Shown: one piece after another, positions 17,255 through 27,051 of the stretch
Position numbering within the stretch: position 1 is the stretch's first letter
Layout of the letters: every line of letters begins with the position of its first letter
From: a virus
Strand: one strand, 5' to 3'
IMG/VR virus record: IMGVR_UViG_3300009155_000048
Span: 32,001 to 96,000 of that record
DNA: 64,000 nucleotides
Position numbers and translations under genes: made by a program
The notes under the pieces: model-generated
What the model was told of the DNA's origin: nothing
The model's database searches: none
The model's input: only the letters and a program-made list of their open reading frames with translations

Positions 17255-17776
17255 ATGGTTATCAAGATAAGAGGCATATTAGAATTTAGTCCAGAGGATG
17301 TGACCAGAAAACACAGAAATCAATCCTCTTGGAAAAGAGTTGCTATCATCAAAACTGATTGTGACTTAGACCGATACTATGCTTGGTTTTTAAAGAAAAG
17401 ATTCAATCTAGAATTAAATAAGAATCTTAGAGGTACTCACGTTACTTTTATCAATGATAAATTTGAAAAAGGTATATTTGACCAATTTGCTCCTCTTTTT
17501 AATGGTAAAGAAATAAATTTCTACATAGAAACCGAACCAAGATCTAATGGTGAGCATTGGTGGTTGAGAGTTCACTGTCCAGAAGCAGAGTCTATAAGAG
17601 AACTTATGGGTTTAAGTAGAGATCCATACTTTGGATTACACTTAACATTAGGACACGCTAATGAAAAATACATAGCTCACTCTGAATACATTACCGAACA
17701 ATGTAAGAGATTTGAGATAATTTCTAACGAACCTCGTAGACCACTCAATGAGCATGAAATAATAGAGTTCAAGTAA
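17255..17776 (+). CDS. 2H phosphoesterase-family protein
   Basis: Two HxT motifs: GTHVTF and GLHLTLG. Confidence 0.75.
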   Translation: MVIKIRGILEFSPEDVTRKHRNQSSWKRVAIIKTDCDLDRYYAWFLKKRFNLELNKNLRGTHVTFINDKFEKGIFDQFAPLFNGKEINFYIETEPRSNGEHWWLRVHCPEAESIRELMGLSRDPYFGLHLTLGHANEKYIAHSEYITEQCKRFEIISNEPRRPLNEHEIIEFK

Positions 17777-17806
17777 ACAAACTTGAACTCTTTTTATATC
17801 ATGACT

Positions 17807-18601
17807 ATGCCAGAGATTTCGGAAGTTAGAATAATGTCTGATTTTATTAATCAGAATTCCAAGAACAAATTTAATAAAGCCTTTCACGTTGAAAAAGGAA
17901 ATATTCCTACACAATTCCTTGATAAAGAATTTGATATAAAATCTGATTCTAGAGGAAAAGAACTATTACTATTCATTGATGATTTACCTATTCATGTCTT
18001 TATGGGAATGAGTGGCAATTGGAAATATACTCCAACTGAAAAATGGAATGAAACTAAATTCACTAGGCTTAGACTAGATGACGAAACCGGACACTCACTA
18101 TTATTATATGGTGGGTTTATGGGACCAAAATACTCGGTTGGTAAACCATTCACCGGAACCAAAAGAGGACCAGATCCAACTAAAGAGTTTGATGATTTCA
18201 AATCAAATATCTATAAGAATATAGACAATAAAGCTTTTGATAAACCTATCTGCGAAACTTTACTTAATCAAGAGTATTTTAATGGAATTGGCAACTATAT
18301 CAGAAGCACCTTAATATTCTATGCTGATGTGAATCCATTTGAAAAAGCAAGAACTATATTACAAAATTCTGATAGAGTACTTAATTTATGTAAGGATGTT
18401 CCTCTTAAATCTTATGAATTGAACGGTGGGCAACTCAAAGATTGGAAATCACCATTTGATACCGACTCTACTGAATTTAAGAAATGGGTATTTTATCAAA
18501 AGGGATTGGCTTGTACCGATAAAACCGGTAGAACATTCTGGTTTGATGAGAAATGGAAGGACTATTGTCCATATGAAATTAAGAAAAAACGTGGAAAATA
18601 A
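17807..18601 (+). CDS. Fpg/Nei DNA glycosylase, NEIL1-like
   Basis: N-terminal MPE, GMSG, GPD, LLNQEYFNGIGNY (H2TH), GRTFWF; start moved to the MPE ATG. Confidence 0.9.
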   Translation: MPEISEVRIMSDFINQNSKNKFNKAFHVEKGNIPTQFLDKEFDIKSDSRGKELLLFIDDLPIHVFMGMSGNWKYTPTEKWNETKFTRLRLDDETGHSLLLYGGFMGPKYSVGKPFTGTKRGPDPTKEFDDFKSNIYKNIDNKAFDKPICETLLNQEYFNGIGNYIRSTLIFYADVNPFEKARTILQNSDRVLNLCKDVPLKSYELNGGQLKDWKSPFDTDSTEFKKWVFYQKGLACTDKTGRTFWFDEKWKDYCPYEIKKKRGK

Positions 18602-19061
18602 CTTTATTTATAGTGATAGAGGTGAGGGTAAAACTGAATTTATAACAAGATTAGCCAATGATTTATATAGAAAAGGTGGTTATAAAATAGATTTTTATTC
18701 ACTAACATCAGAGAGTTTACCGAATTTAGAAAGAGGAATTTCATATGATATTTACCCAAATAATATTGTAAATAGAAATTACATTTTAGACCTCAAAAAA
18801 GAAAAGATAAAAGCAGGTAAACTAGATATTCTTTTCATAGATGATATAGATTACTTAGATAATTGGGATGATATATTATCACTAAATTGTGATAAATTTA
18901 TCACTGTTGATATATTGGAAGAAAGAAATTACCCAAAAAGAAGCTGTAATATGGTAAAATTAAAAGGAAACTATAATCTTTTTCACTTACCTGATATAGA
19001 ATATAATAGCTTCTTAAAACCTTATTTAAGAGAGAAAAAATTAGACATATTATTAAAATGA
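18573..19061 (+). CDS. Short RecA/DnaB-like P-loop protein with REKKLDILL tail
   Basis: RGEGKT, FYSL, ILFIDD; ATG 18573 preferred. Confidence 0.55.
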   Translation: MKLRKNVENNFIYSDRGEGKTEFITRLANDLYRKGGYKIDFYSLTSESLPNLERGISYDIYPNNIVNRNYILDLKKEKIKAGKLDILFIDDIDYLDNWDDILSLNCDKFITVDILEERNYPKRSCNMVKLKGNYNLFHLPDIEYNSFLKPYLREKKLDILLK

Positions 19062-19888
19062 TCAAAGCAGATAAATACTACATTCAGAATCTTGTAAATA
19101 TTATGAGTGATGGAACATTTGATGAAAACCCAAGACCAAAATGGTCTGATGGAAACCCAGCTCACTCAAGATTCATTACTCAAGTATTTGAGGAATATGA
19201 CTTATCAAAAGGTGAGTTTCCAATTACTACATTGAGAAATACTGCAATTAAAACCGGAATTAAAGAAATACTTTGGATTTATCAAAAACAATCAAATTCA
19301 TTAGAGGTTGCCAGAGAGATGGGCATTAATTGGTGGGATGAATGGAACATTGGGGATGGAACAATTGGTCAAAGATATGGCGCTACAATAAAAAGATATG
19401 ATTTGGTAAATAAAAGACTAACCTCATTAAAAGAAGATCCATTTTCAAGAAGACATATTATTAATATGTATCAAGAATCGGATATGGAAGAAACAAAAGG
19501 ATTACACCCCTGTGCATTTGAGACACATTGGTCAGTTAGGAAAATAGATGGTGACTTCTATTTAGATTTAACATTAATTCAAAGAAGTAATGATTATATA
19601 ATGGCTGGGTATATCAATAAGATTCAATATGTTGCATTACAAATGATGTTTGCATCCCACTTAGGATATAAAATTGGTAAATTCTGTCATTTTGTTCAAA
19701 ATCTTCATGTTTATGATAGACATTTTGAGGCATTAAATGAAATATTAGATAGACGTGGTCTAACTAATCAACCATATATTTCATTGAAATCTGATAAAAA
19801 CTTTTACGATTTCACAATAGATGACTTCGAGATACATAACATAGATGGTATTAAGAAGTTAAACTCTAATTTAGAAATAGCTGTTTAA
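19058..19888 (+). CDS. thyA: Thymidylate synthase
   Basis: EILW, SRRH, LHPC, QRSND...N, HVYDRH. Confidence 0.93.
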   Translation: MIKADKYYIQNLVNIMSDGTFDENPRPKWSDGNPAHSRFITQVFEEYDLSKGEFPITTLRNTAIKTGIKEILWIYQKQSNSLEVAREMGINWWDEWNIGDGTIGQRYGATIKRYDLVNKRLTSLKEDPFSRRHIINMYQESDMEETKGLHPCAFETHWSVRKIDGDFYLDLTLIQRSNDYIMAGYINKIQYVALQMMFASHLGYKIGKFCHFVQNLHVYDRHFEALNEILDRRGLTNQPYISLKSDKNFYDFTIDDFEIHNIDGIKKLNSNLEIAV

Positions 19889-19891
19889 AAC

Positions 19892-19920
19892 AAAAAAGTC
19901 CTTATATTATAAGGACTTTT
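19892..19920. terminator. Bidirectional terminator
   Basis: AAAAGTCCTTAT-ATT-ATAAGGACTTTT. Confidence 0.75.
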
Positions 19921-19929
19921 ATTCTAAAT

Positions 19930-20223
19930 TTAGAAAGTTACTGAATCTCCACTATCTGGGAAAATTCCGGTATTATAACCCAATTCTGGGAAACTAATAA
20001 CTAAATTTTTAGCACCAGATGGGGTACCGCCAATAGCAGTTCTTGAGAAAGTAACAGACTCAGTTCCATCTAATGTAGTTCCTAATATGGTAAAATTCAC
20101 ACTATTAGTAAGTCCACTAAGTGTAGCTGGTCCTCCTCCTCTTACGTGAAAAGCTTGGTAGTTCACAGTTAATACGTTCGCTGAATACGTAGCCGAAGTG
20201 ATGTGGATGTAAGGTCTTGACAT
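19930..20223 (-). CDS. Small S/T/G-rich beta protein after capsid gene; possible decoration protein
   Basis: ATG 20223 behind TAATATATA; composition and position. Confidence 0.45.
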   Translation of the reverse strand: MSRPYIHITSATYSANVLTVNYQAFHVRGGGPATLSGLTNSVNFTILGTTLDGTESVTFSRTAIGGTPSGAKNLVISFPELGYNTGIFPDSGDSVTF

Positions 20224-20294
20224 AATATTAAATATTTTTCTTTTATATATTAAAATAAAAAAGTGATTTCCTTCACTATTTGATTTTTTTAAAA

Positions 20295-20330
20295 AAAACA
20301 AACCCTCTCAATTGAGAGGGTTTGTTTTTT
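20295..20330 (-). terminator. Terminator after capsid gene
   Basis: AAAAACAAACCCTCTCAA-TTGAGAGGGTTTGTTTTT palindrome. Confidence 0.8.
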
Positions 20331-20344
20331 ATCATTACTATAGA

Positions 20345-22096
20345 TTAGTTAAGTAATCCAGGAGTATCAGACACTTTAATTGTCATATACTGCTTTTGAG
20401 GATACCAACCCACTTCAGCAACTGCGTATCTAGATCTTAACAACATACGTGGAGCGAATGTAGCTTCAGAGATGATACTGATTGACTGAGCCATTAAGTA
20501 AGGTACGAAGATGATACCTGGTTGATCAGGATTGTTCTTTCTACCAATAACGATACGGTTATCGTTATACTTCATGTAAGGGTCAACATAGATTTGGATA
20601 TCACCGATTTGACCAACTGGATACAATTGACCAGAACCGTTGATTTTAGATTTAGTTGGATTAATAGTATATCCAGCGACATCCATTAAAGCTGCAGCTA
20701 AACCTCCGTTAGTTACTGCGAATTGTGCAGGACCAACACGACCTTCTGTTGCAATATAGTTAGAAGCGTGAACCATCTTAGTGATCAACTTACGTTGAAC
20801 AGCGTGTGTAGTTTCACCACCAACTTGAGTTTGAGTGTAAAGAGTATCTAAGTCAAAAATAGTTGGACTAGAGATGTTATTGCTATAAGTAGCACCAGAT
20901 GCTGGAGCTGAAGATCTGTTCAAGTCACCCATTTCAAAGATTTTAGATACAATTTGTTTAGAAATTGTTTGAGACAATTCGTTAACAAGGATAGATTCCA
21001 TTTTTTGAACGATATCCATACCAGTGTTAGCTTTGATGTCTTCAATTTCAGTTCTTCTAAGAGCTGAAGATACTTCAATAGTACCAACCGCGATAGACTT
21101 AGTAGAAACTTTTGGTCCAATTACACCAGCATAAGTCAAATCATCTTCAGCACGACTCATTGGGTATCTACCATTCTGAGAGTTTGTAGAGAAGTTTGTA
21201 GAGAAACCTGGTAATTGATCTTCTAATGCAGAAATCATAGTAACAGTTAAGTTAGAAGTACTTGAGAAAGTAAGACCAGGAATAGCTGTTAATTGAGACT
21301 GGATTGTAGCAGAAGGAGTAAATGTATTTTGAGTTTGGTCAAAAGCTGCTGCTGCTGGGTTATAAACGTTAGCAATTGTTTGTGAACCAATAGTAGCATT
21401 TGCTTGTCTAAATGCTCTGAAGATAGGAAGACCATCGATACGAGAGTAACCTAAGAATTCAAGAACGTTAGCTTTAGAACCACTAATAGATGTACCTGTT
21501 GAAACAGATGCAGCATAGTTACCTAAAGTAAAGTAAGCCTTAGTACCAGTAGCACTTTGGAAACCACCAACTGTTAAAACGATATCAGTTGAAGAAATTG
21601 CAGTTGAAACTTTAGTACCAAACGCACCACTTTGTAACATACCAGCTGTATCAGTTGAGTTAGTTGATACGATTTTAAATACTTGAGGTGCACCATATGT
21701 AGTATCAACATCATCATATTGGAAGTCAATATACAATAAGTCTAATTTTGGACCTGGTGAAGGTTTTACAGCAACTAAATCTAAACCGATTGTTTGAGCT
21801 GCGATTTTCATAGCAACTGGTAATAAGTTTTGACCTAAGTCACCAGAACCAGCCGAACCTGAGTTACTTGACCAGTTAGTACCAAGTGTAGTACCTGATA
21901 AAGTTGATGGTTGAGGAGATGTAACTGCACCCATACCTTGGATTGTTGCGTTTACATACGCATTTTCATTGATAGAGTGGAACTCTGCGTATTCTGACAT
22001 CCAATCAAGTCTGTCTTCACCAGCAACGCCCATGTTCTCTAATACTGGAGACCACTTCTTCAATGCTTTTTGTTTGTCTATTCTAATGTGTGACAT
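20345..22096 (-). CDS. Major capsid protein (T4 gp23-like)
   Basis: KKWSPVLE, DLVAVKP, IEDIKA.TGMD, IYVDPY, FVPY, TFAPRMLLRSRY; follows protease gene. Confidence 0.92.
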   Translation of the reverse strand: MSHIRIDKQKALKKWSPVLENMGVAGEDRLDWMSEYAEFHSINENAYVNATIQGMGAVTSPQPSTLSGTTLGTNWSSNSGSAGSGDLGQNLLPVAMKIAAQTIGLDLVAVKPSPGPKLDLLYIDFQYDDVDTTYGAPQVFKIVSTNSTDTAGMLQSGAFGTKVSTAISSTDIVLTVGGFQSATGTKAYFTLGNYAASVSTGTSISGSKANVLEFLGYSRIDGLPIFRAFRQANATIGSQTIANVYNPAAAAFDQTQNTFTPSATIQSQLTAIPGLTFSSTSNLTVTMISALEDQLPGFSTNFSTNSQNGRYPMSRAEDDLTYAGVIGPKVSTKSIAVGTIEVSSALRRTEIEDIKANTGMDIVQKMESILVNELSQTISKQIVSKIFEMGDLNRSSAPASGATYSNNISSPTIFDLDTLYTQTQVGGETTHAVQRKLITKMVHASNYIATEGRVGPAQFAVTNGGLAAALMDVAGYTINPTKSKINGSGQLYPVGQIGDIQIYVDPYMKYNDNRIVIGRKNNPDQPGIIFVPYLMAQSISIISEATFAPRMLLRSRYAVAEVGWYPQKQYMTIKVSDTPGLLN

Positions 22097-22181
22097 AATT
22101 TTTTTTTATTTTTTTTGTTTTTCTTATATCTATATAGTATCCTATTTTTCCTTAATTTTTCAAGGGTGGATTTTTTATAGA

Positions 22182-24293
22182 TTAAAGATTTTTGAATCTC
22201 TCCATAATTGCAGTTACATCACCATCAGACAATTTGTCTTCTTGAATTAACGCATTATGTTCAACTAATTTTTTAGTTACAGATTCATTTTTCTTGAATG
22301 GTCTTGTTAACCAGAAATGTTCAACTTTTGATTCAGTTGTTAAGTCTGGGTACAATCTAGCTTGCGATAAGATAGACTTTTTAGAAGATTCATTCAATTG
22401 TGACCAGATTGGCTTAATGTTTTCAGGCATCAATCTAATCAATCTCTCTTCAAGAGATTCATTTTTAACAGATAACGCTTCTCCAATCATCTTTAACACA
22501 TCAGAACTAGTGAAATAACTCTTTTCGTTTATGTAAAGTTTTACTTGTTCTTGCTCCTCGTTTGTTAAGCTGTAATAGCTATCAACTTGGGACTTGTTTA
22601 AGAATTTTAAGAAATGTAAATCATTGGACTCAGAAACTTTACGTTTTTTAGCTTCTTCAATTAATTTATCAATTTGTTGAGATAATTCTGTATCAGAATT
22701 GCCTTCGAATTTAGATTCTTCTCCATAAGGATTTTCCTCTTCTTTTTCATGTGCCATTGGCATTCCCGGCATTCCTTCTTCTTCACCATATGTACCTTCT
22801 TCTGAAGCTACTAAGTGAGGCATACCTTCTTCTTCCTCTTCTTCATATGCCATTGGCATTCCTTCTTCTTCTGAAGCAATCATTTCAAATCCTACTTCTT
22901 CTAAAGTTGGGAATGAATTACCTTTACTTTCATTTAATTTATTACCATTTAATTTCTCAGCAATTAAACCCGCGTAAGAAACAGTTTTATCTAAGTTTTC
23001 AGCAATATACTCAGAGTAAGCGATGTTATCATCTAAGTGTTCAGCAATGTATTCAGAGTAAGCGATGTTACCTTCTACATGCTCAGCTAAATATTCAGAA
23101 TAAGCAATAGAGTTATCTACATGCTCAGCGATATACTCAGAGTAAGCAATATTCTTATCTAAGTTTTCAGCGATGTACTCAGAGTAAGCAATATTCTTAT
23201 CTAAGTTTTCAGCGATGTACTCAGAGTAAGCAATATTCTTATCTAAGTTCTCAGCTAAATATTCAGAATAAGTGATATTCTTATCAACATTCTCAGCTAA
23301 ATATTCAGAGTAAGAAATATTTTTGTCTAAGTTTTCAGCTAAGTACTCAGAATAAGTGATGTTCTTATCTAAGTTTTCAGCTAAGTATTCAGTGTAATTA
23401 ACAGCCTTTTCTAAGTTTTCAGCTAAATAATCATTGTGAGAGATCAACTTATCAGTAGTTGATTTCAATGATTTATTTTCATTAACCACAACTTGAACTT
23501 TTTCAGCTAAGTAATCTAAATACTTAACCATTTGAGAGTTAGTCTTATTAAGTTCTTCATAGTACTCAAGAAGTTGCTCTAATTTTTTCGGATTGATGTT
23601 ACCTGATTTAATAGCAGATTGTGCAGCTTTCTTAGTAGTAGCGATTTCATTAATCAAATACTTAGAATAGTCAGCTAATTGCTGTTTGGTAACGAAGTCA
23701 TTCTGGTTCATATTGAATAGTTCGTTTATTTTTGACTCATCGGACATTTCATATATCCTAAAGTTAGTTTTATTGGAAAACCCATATGATTCATTTATGG
23801 ATTTCATTCTAGCTGAAGCAAATCCTGGGTCAGCAACAATGTCGTAAGTAAACAATTTCTTTAAAGTAACAGTACCATCTGATTCAGTGATACCAGCAGC
23901 TCTTGAAGAAACGAATACAGGACAACCATCATCAACTAAAGATTTAGCTTCTTTACCCCAATAGGTATTCAATAATTTAATCTCACCCTCAACACGATTA
24001 GATTCTTTAACATAAGAAGCTTTTCTAATAATGTGTGAAGCGCGAGATAATGATGTATCAAATACATCTGGGTGATCGAATTCACCATAAACAACACCCA
24101 TATTTTGAATACGGTCATTAAGTTCTTCTAAACAAGGAATAAACTTATCTGCAGTGTAGATTCTTTCATTACGGTTTTTAACACCGAACTCAGTAAAAAT
24201 ACCACCTAAGATATAGTCTTTCTTGCCACCAGAAACTTGAACGCTCTCCTTTAATGGGTTTGAGTTGTTTTCAACGATTAAGATTGGTTTCAT
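22182..24293 (-). CDS. Prohead protease (gp21-like) fused to repeat/scaffold region
   Basis: KNRNERIY, GEFDHP, SHII, VSSRAAG, TYDIVADPGF. Confidence 0.9.
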   Translation of the reverse strand: MKPILIVENNSNPLKESVQVSGGKKDYILGGIFTEFGVKNRNERIYTADKFIPCLEELNDRIQNMGVVYGEFDHPDVFDTSLSRASHIIRKASYVKESNRVEGEIKLLNTYWGKEAKSLVDDGCPVFVSSRAAGITESDGTVTLKKLFTYDIVADPGFASARMKSINESYGFSNKTNFRIYEMSDESKINELFNMNQNDFVTKQQLADYSKYLINEIATTKKAAQSAIKSGNINPKKLEQLLEYYEELNKTNSQMVKYLDYLAEKVQVVVNENKSLKSTTDKLISHNDYLAENLEKAVNYTEYLAENLDKNITYSEYLAENLDKNISYSEYLAENVDKNITYSEYLAENLDKNIAYSEYIAENLDKNIAYSEYIAENLDKNIAYSEYIAEHVDNSIAYSEYLAEHVEGNIAYSEYIAEHLDDNIAYSEYIAENLDKTVSYAGLIAEKLNGNKLNESKGNSFPTLEEVGFEMIASEEEGMPMAYEEEEEEGMPHLVASEEGTYGEEEGMPGMPMAHEKEEENPYGEESKFEGNSDTELSQQIDKLIEEAKKRKVSESNDLHFLKFLNKSQVDSYYSLTNEEQEQVKLYINEKSYFTSSDVLKMIGEALSVKNESLEERLIRLMPENIKPIWSQLNESSKKSILSQARLYPDLTTESKVEHFWLTRPFKKNESVTKKLVEHNALIQEDKLSDGDVTAIMERFKNL
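22950..23438 (-). repeat. About 12 x 42-bp in-frame repeats encoding YSEY[LI]AE[NH][LV]DKNI[AST]
   Basis: Counted in the translation; synonymous variation between units. Confidence 0.9.
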
Positions 24294-24413
24294 TTATCGC
24301 AATTTATTTTTTATAACTGTATATATTGACCTTGAAAAACCGTCTTTTTTCTTAGAAGGATTTTTTATAGATACCTTTAGAACTTTATCCCATCTAAGTC
24401 ATATAAATTTCTA

Positions 24414-24863
24414 ATGAAAAGAGTAAAAGTTATAATTTTTCAAAAAAATGAAGATTCTTTGGATGAAATTGTTCAATTTTTATCTAAATCGGAAAACTCA
24501 AAAGAATTTTATTTAAAAATGAATAGAGATAAATTCATAAATGAAATTTTATCTATTTCCGATCCAATTCATCAATGGATGCCATTTTTAGAGTCACTAT
24601 CACCAATAAAACTATATGACAAATATGGATCCACTTATCAGTCAAAATATAGAGAAGTACTTAACATATCAACAATATCACACCATATTAAAAGTATAGT
24701 TGTAGAAAACAACACTCTATATGGAATTATTGATATACTAGACACACCAATAGGTGGACGAATTCAATCATTAGATGCAGAACAGATGGTACTAAATCCC
24801 ATATATAATACAGGTGAAATCATAACATTTGATATAGATTTTAATATAAGGGAAGCAGCATGA
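24414..24863 (+). CDS. Degenerate prohead-protease-like fragment with internal RDKFINEIL motif
   Basis: ISTISHHIKSI..ENNTLYGIIDILDTPIG vs protease LSRASHIIRKA..ESNRVEGEIKLLNTYWG. Confidence 0.6.
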   Translation: MKRVKVIIFQKNEDSLDEIVQFLSKSENSKEFYLKMNRDKFINEILSISDPIHQWMPFLESLSPIKLYDKYGSTYQSKYREVLNISTISHHIKSIVVENNTLYGIIDILDTPIGGRIQSLDAEQMVLNPIYNTGEIITFDIDFNIREAA

Positions 24864-25270
24864 TACTAACTAGAGAAATTATAGTAAAAATAAATGAGTC
24901 CAACTTTTCATATTATGAAGAGTTAGGATATGATGTTGCTATTGGAGAAGCTCTAATAATTCCAGTTGAATTATTATCAACAGGAAGCCACTATAAAATA
25001 GATTGTAAATGTGATGGATGTAGTATAGTTAAGGAAGTCATATTTAAGAATTATGTTAAATATGATAATAAATGGGGCGAGTACTATTGTAGAAAGTGTT
25101 CAGAGAAGAAAAGAAAAGAAACTCTTAAAGAAAATTATGGCGTTGAATATCCAATTCAAAACAAAGAAATAAAGAAAAGGATTAAGAAAACTATGATTGA
25201 TAAGTTTGGAGTAGATAACCCAACAAAATCAAAAGAAATTATTTCTAAAAGAAAAAAAGTCTCAAATTAA
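24860..25270 (+). CDS. Zinc-ribbon protein resembling homing-endonuclease DNA-binding modules, no nuclease domain
   Basis: N-terminus parallels 5189..6100; YGVEYP/FGVDNP repeats as in 54500..56188. Confidence 0.65.
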   Translation: MILTREIIVKINESNFSYYEELGYDVAIGEALIIPVELLSTGSHYKIDCKCDGCSIVKEVIFKNYVKYDNKWGEYYCRKCSEKKRKETLKENYGVEYPIQNKEIKKRIKKTMIDKFGVDNPTKSKEIISKRKKVSN

Positions 25271-25286
25271 TTTTTGAGACTTTTTT
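25252..25286. terminator. Bidirectional terminator
   Basis: AAAAAGTCTCAAA...TTTGAGACTTTTT between convergent genes. Confidence 0.75.
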
Positions 25287-25287
25287 A

Positions 25288-26994
25288 TTAGAATTCAAAT
25301 TCAGCACCTTCACCACCAGCTTCTCCGCCACCACCTTCACCACCCGGTTCTGGACCAGCCTCCGGAGTTGTTTGAGCTCCTCCTTCAGGGGCAGCTTGAG
25401 CACCACCTTCGGCACCAGGTTCACCACCTTCAGCACCAGCTTCAGCACCACCTTCTGGGCCAGCACCACCGCCTTTACCAGATTTAATCCAATAGGCTTT
25501 ATTTTCTTCTTTTTCTTCTGGTGTCAATTTCATAACTTTATCAATTAAATAATCAATATGGAAATATGGTTGGCCATCAGCAGTTTGAATTCCCAACATA
25601 GTGCCTAAAATACTAGCTCTCTTTTCAAAATTTGCCAACTTTTTCCACTCTTCAAATAATTGATTTGAATTAAAATTGATATCTACTTGGTTTAAGAATA
25701 TCTCATCATTTTTCAATTCTGGAAATTCCATACACATTTGTAATTTAAGTGGTTTAACAATTAATTCTTTATAGTTAGCTCTTAAACGGTTAATAAAGTT
25801 ATTAAATTTAACTTCATCTCTAGTCATCTCAGCCGCATCACTAAATACATTACCACCACCATTTTCTTTATCAAATCTTTGGAAAGGAATTTTAGATGCT
25901 CTTTTTAAGATATTAAAGAACCAAGTTAACATATCATTCTCATTTAAGTTGTGACCTTCCGGTGAGACTAATTCCATACCAGGTGTACCAGCATCTCCTT
26001 CTGGGAACCACACTTGTTTATTATATGGTAAATGTTTTCTACCATTTATAGTAACAGTACCCAATGTATCATCCCATTCAACTTCTTCCGAGTAATCAGC
26101 AATTAATTGACCAATTTGTTCTTCAGCACGTTGTCTAGGTAAACCTTTAATTGGAATAGTAAACTTTTGATAAACAGTAGCGTTGATAATATTGAACATA
26201 ATTTTAGTTTGTTCAAGAATCTTTAACTGATTATATGGTTTAATTAAACCCTCAAGATATGAAGTTTCAGAATAATCATTCTGTGTTGAATATGAAATAA
26301 ATACCAATTGAGAATCTAAGAAGATTCTTCTTAATTGTGGATCCTCTGGATATTGAATCCAAAGATTACCAATAGATGGCTCATATGCTGGAACTAATGT
26401 TTCGGGTCTTAGTCTATTAAAGTGAATAATATTTTTTTTCTTATCATCCCAAACAATTTCAATTGCAATATAACCATCAATTAAGAAGTCTTTCATCATA
26501 TTCCAAGCAGTGATATTATCACCAAATCCAAATCTATTATAAATAATTTCAAAATACTCTTGATACTTATCCTTAATATCTTGTGAGTAGTCATTTGATA
26601 AAGGTCTAGGTGAACAAAAATCATTCTCATTATAGATAATTGCCTCATCGGAAACCGATGAAACAAAATCTCTTAATTCATCCTTAATTGAATATTCTCT
26701 TAAAATTCTTCTCTTATCAGCATAACTTCTATCTAAATACGGAACCGACTTTCTATTAAGAACAGACGCAACCGCTTTGGATGAAAAGAAATCATACATC
26801 GAATTATTTTTCTGACTGTACGGATCCTCATTAATACCAACACCGACAGTGTTTCTGATAATCATATCATCATACTTCATACCGAAGTTTGATAAATTAC
26901 GAAGCAATCTATTAAAAAGACCCTTATTCTCAACCGCAGATGAGATATAAGTAGAATTTTGATTTTGTTGATTTAGCGGATTATAAGAAGCCAT
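25288..26994 (-). CDS. Portal protein (gp20-like)
   Basis: IDG, YLE..IKPYNQLKILE, G.LPRQRAE, ASKIP..R, TRDEVKF..FINRLR. Confidence 0.9.
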   Translation of the reverse strand: MASYNPLNQQNQNSTYISSAVENKGLFNRLLRNLSNFGMKYDDMIIRNTVGVGINEDPYSQKNNSMYDFFSSKAVASVLNRKSVPYLDRSYADKRRILREYSIKDELRDFVSSVSDEAIIYNENDFCSPRPLSNDYSQDIKDKYQEYFEIIYNRFGFGDNITAWNMMKDFLIDGYIAIEIVWDDKKKNIIHFNRLRPETLVPAYEPSIGNLWIQYPEDPQLRRIFLDSQLVFISYSTQNDYSETSYLEGLIKPYNQLKILEQTKIMFNIINATVYQKFTIPIKGLPRQRAEEQIGQLIADYSEEVEWDDTLGTVTINGRKHLPYNKQVWFPEGDAGTPGMELVSPEGHNLNENDMLTWFFNILKRASKIPFQRFDKENGGGNVFSDAAEMTRDEVKFNNFINRLRANYKELIVKPLKLQMCMEFPELKNDEIFLNQVDINFNSNQLFEEWKKLANFEKRASILGTMLGIQTADGQPYFHIDYLIDKVMKLTPEEKEENKAYWIKSGKGGGAGPEGGAEAGAEGGEPGAEGGAQAAPEGGAQTTPEAGPEPGGEGGGGEAGGEGAEFEF

Positions 26995-27051
26995 AAAATT
27001 TTAAAAATTTCTAGTATATATTAAAAACAGAGTTTCCCATATATATTAAGT

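Noticed and set aside
19058-19888. dCMP hydroxymethylase for modified DNA
   Set aside because: Retains the Asn (GYIN) typical of dUMP-specific ThyA
22950-23438. 42-bp periodic repeats resembling a CRISPR array
   Set aside because: In-frame coding repeats with synonymous variation, no unique spacers, no cas genes
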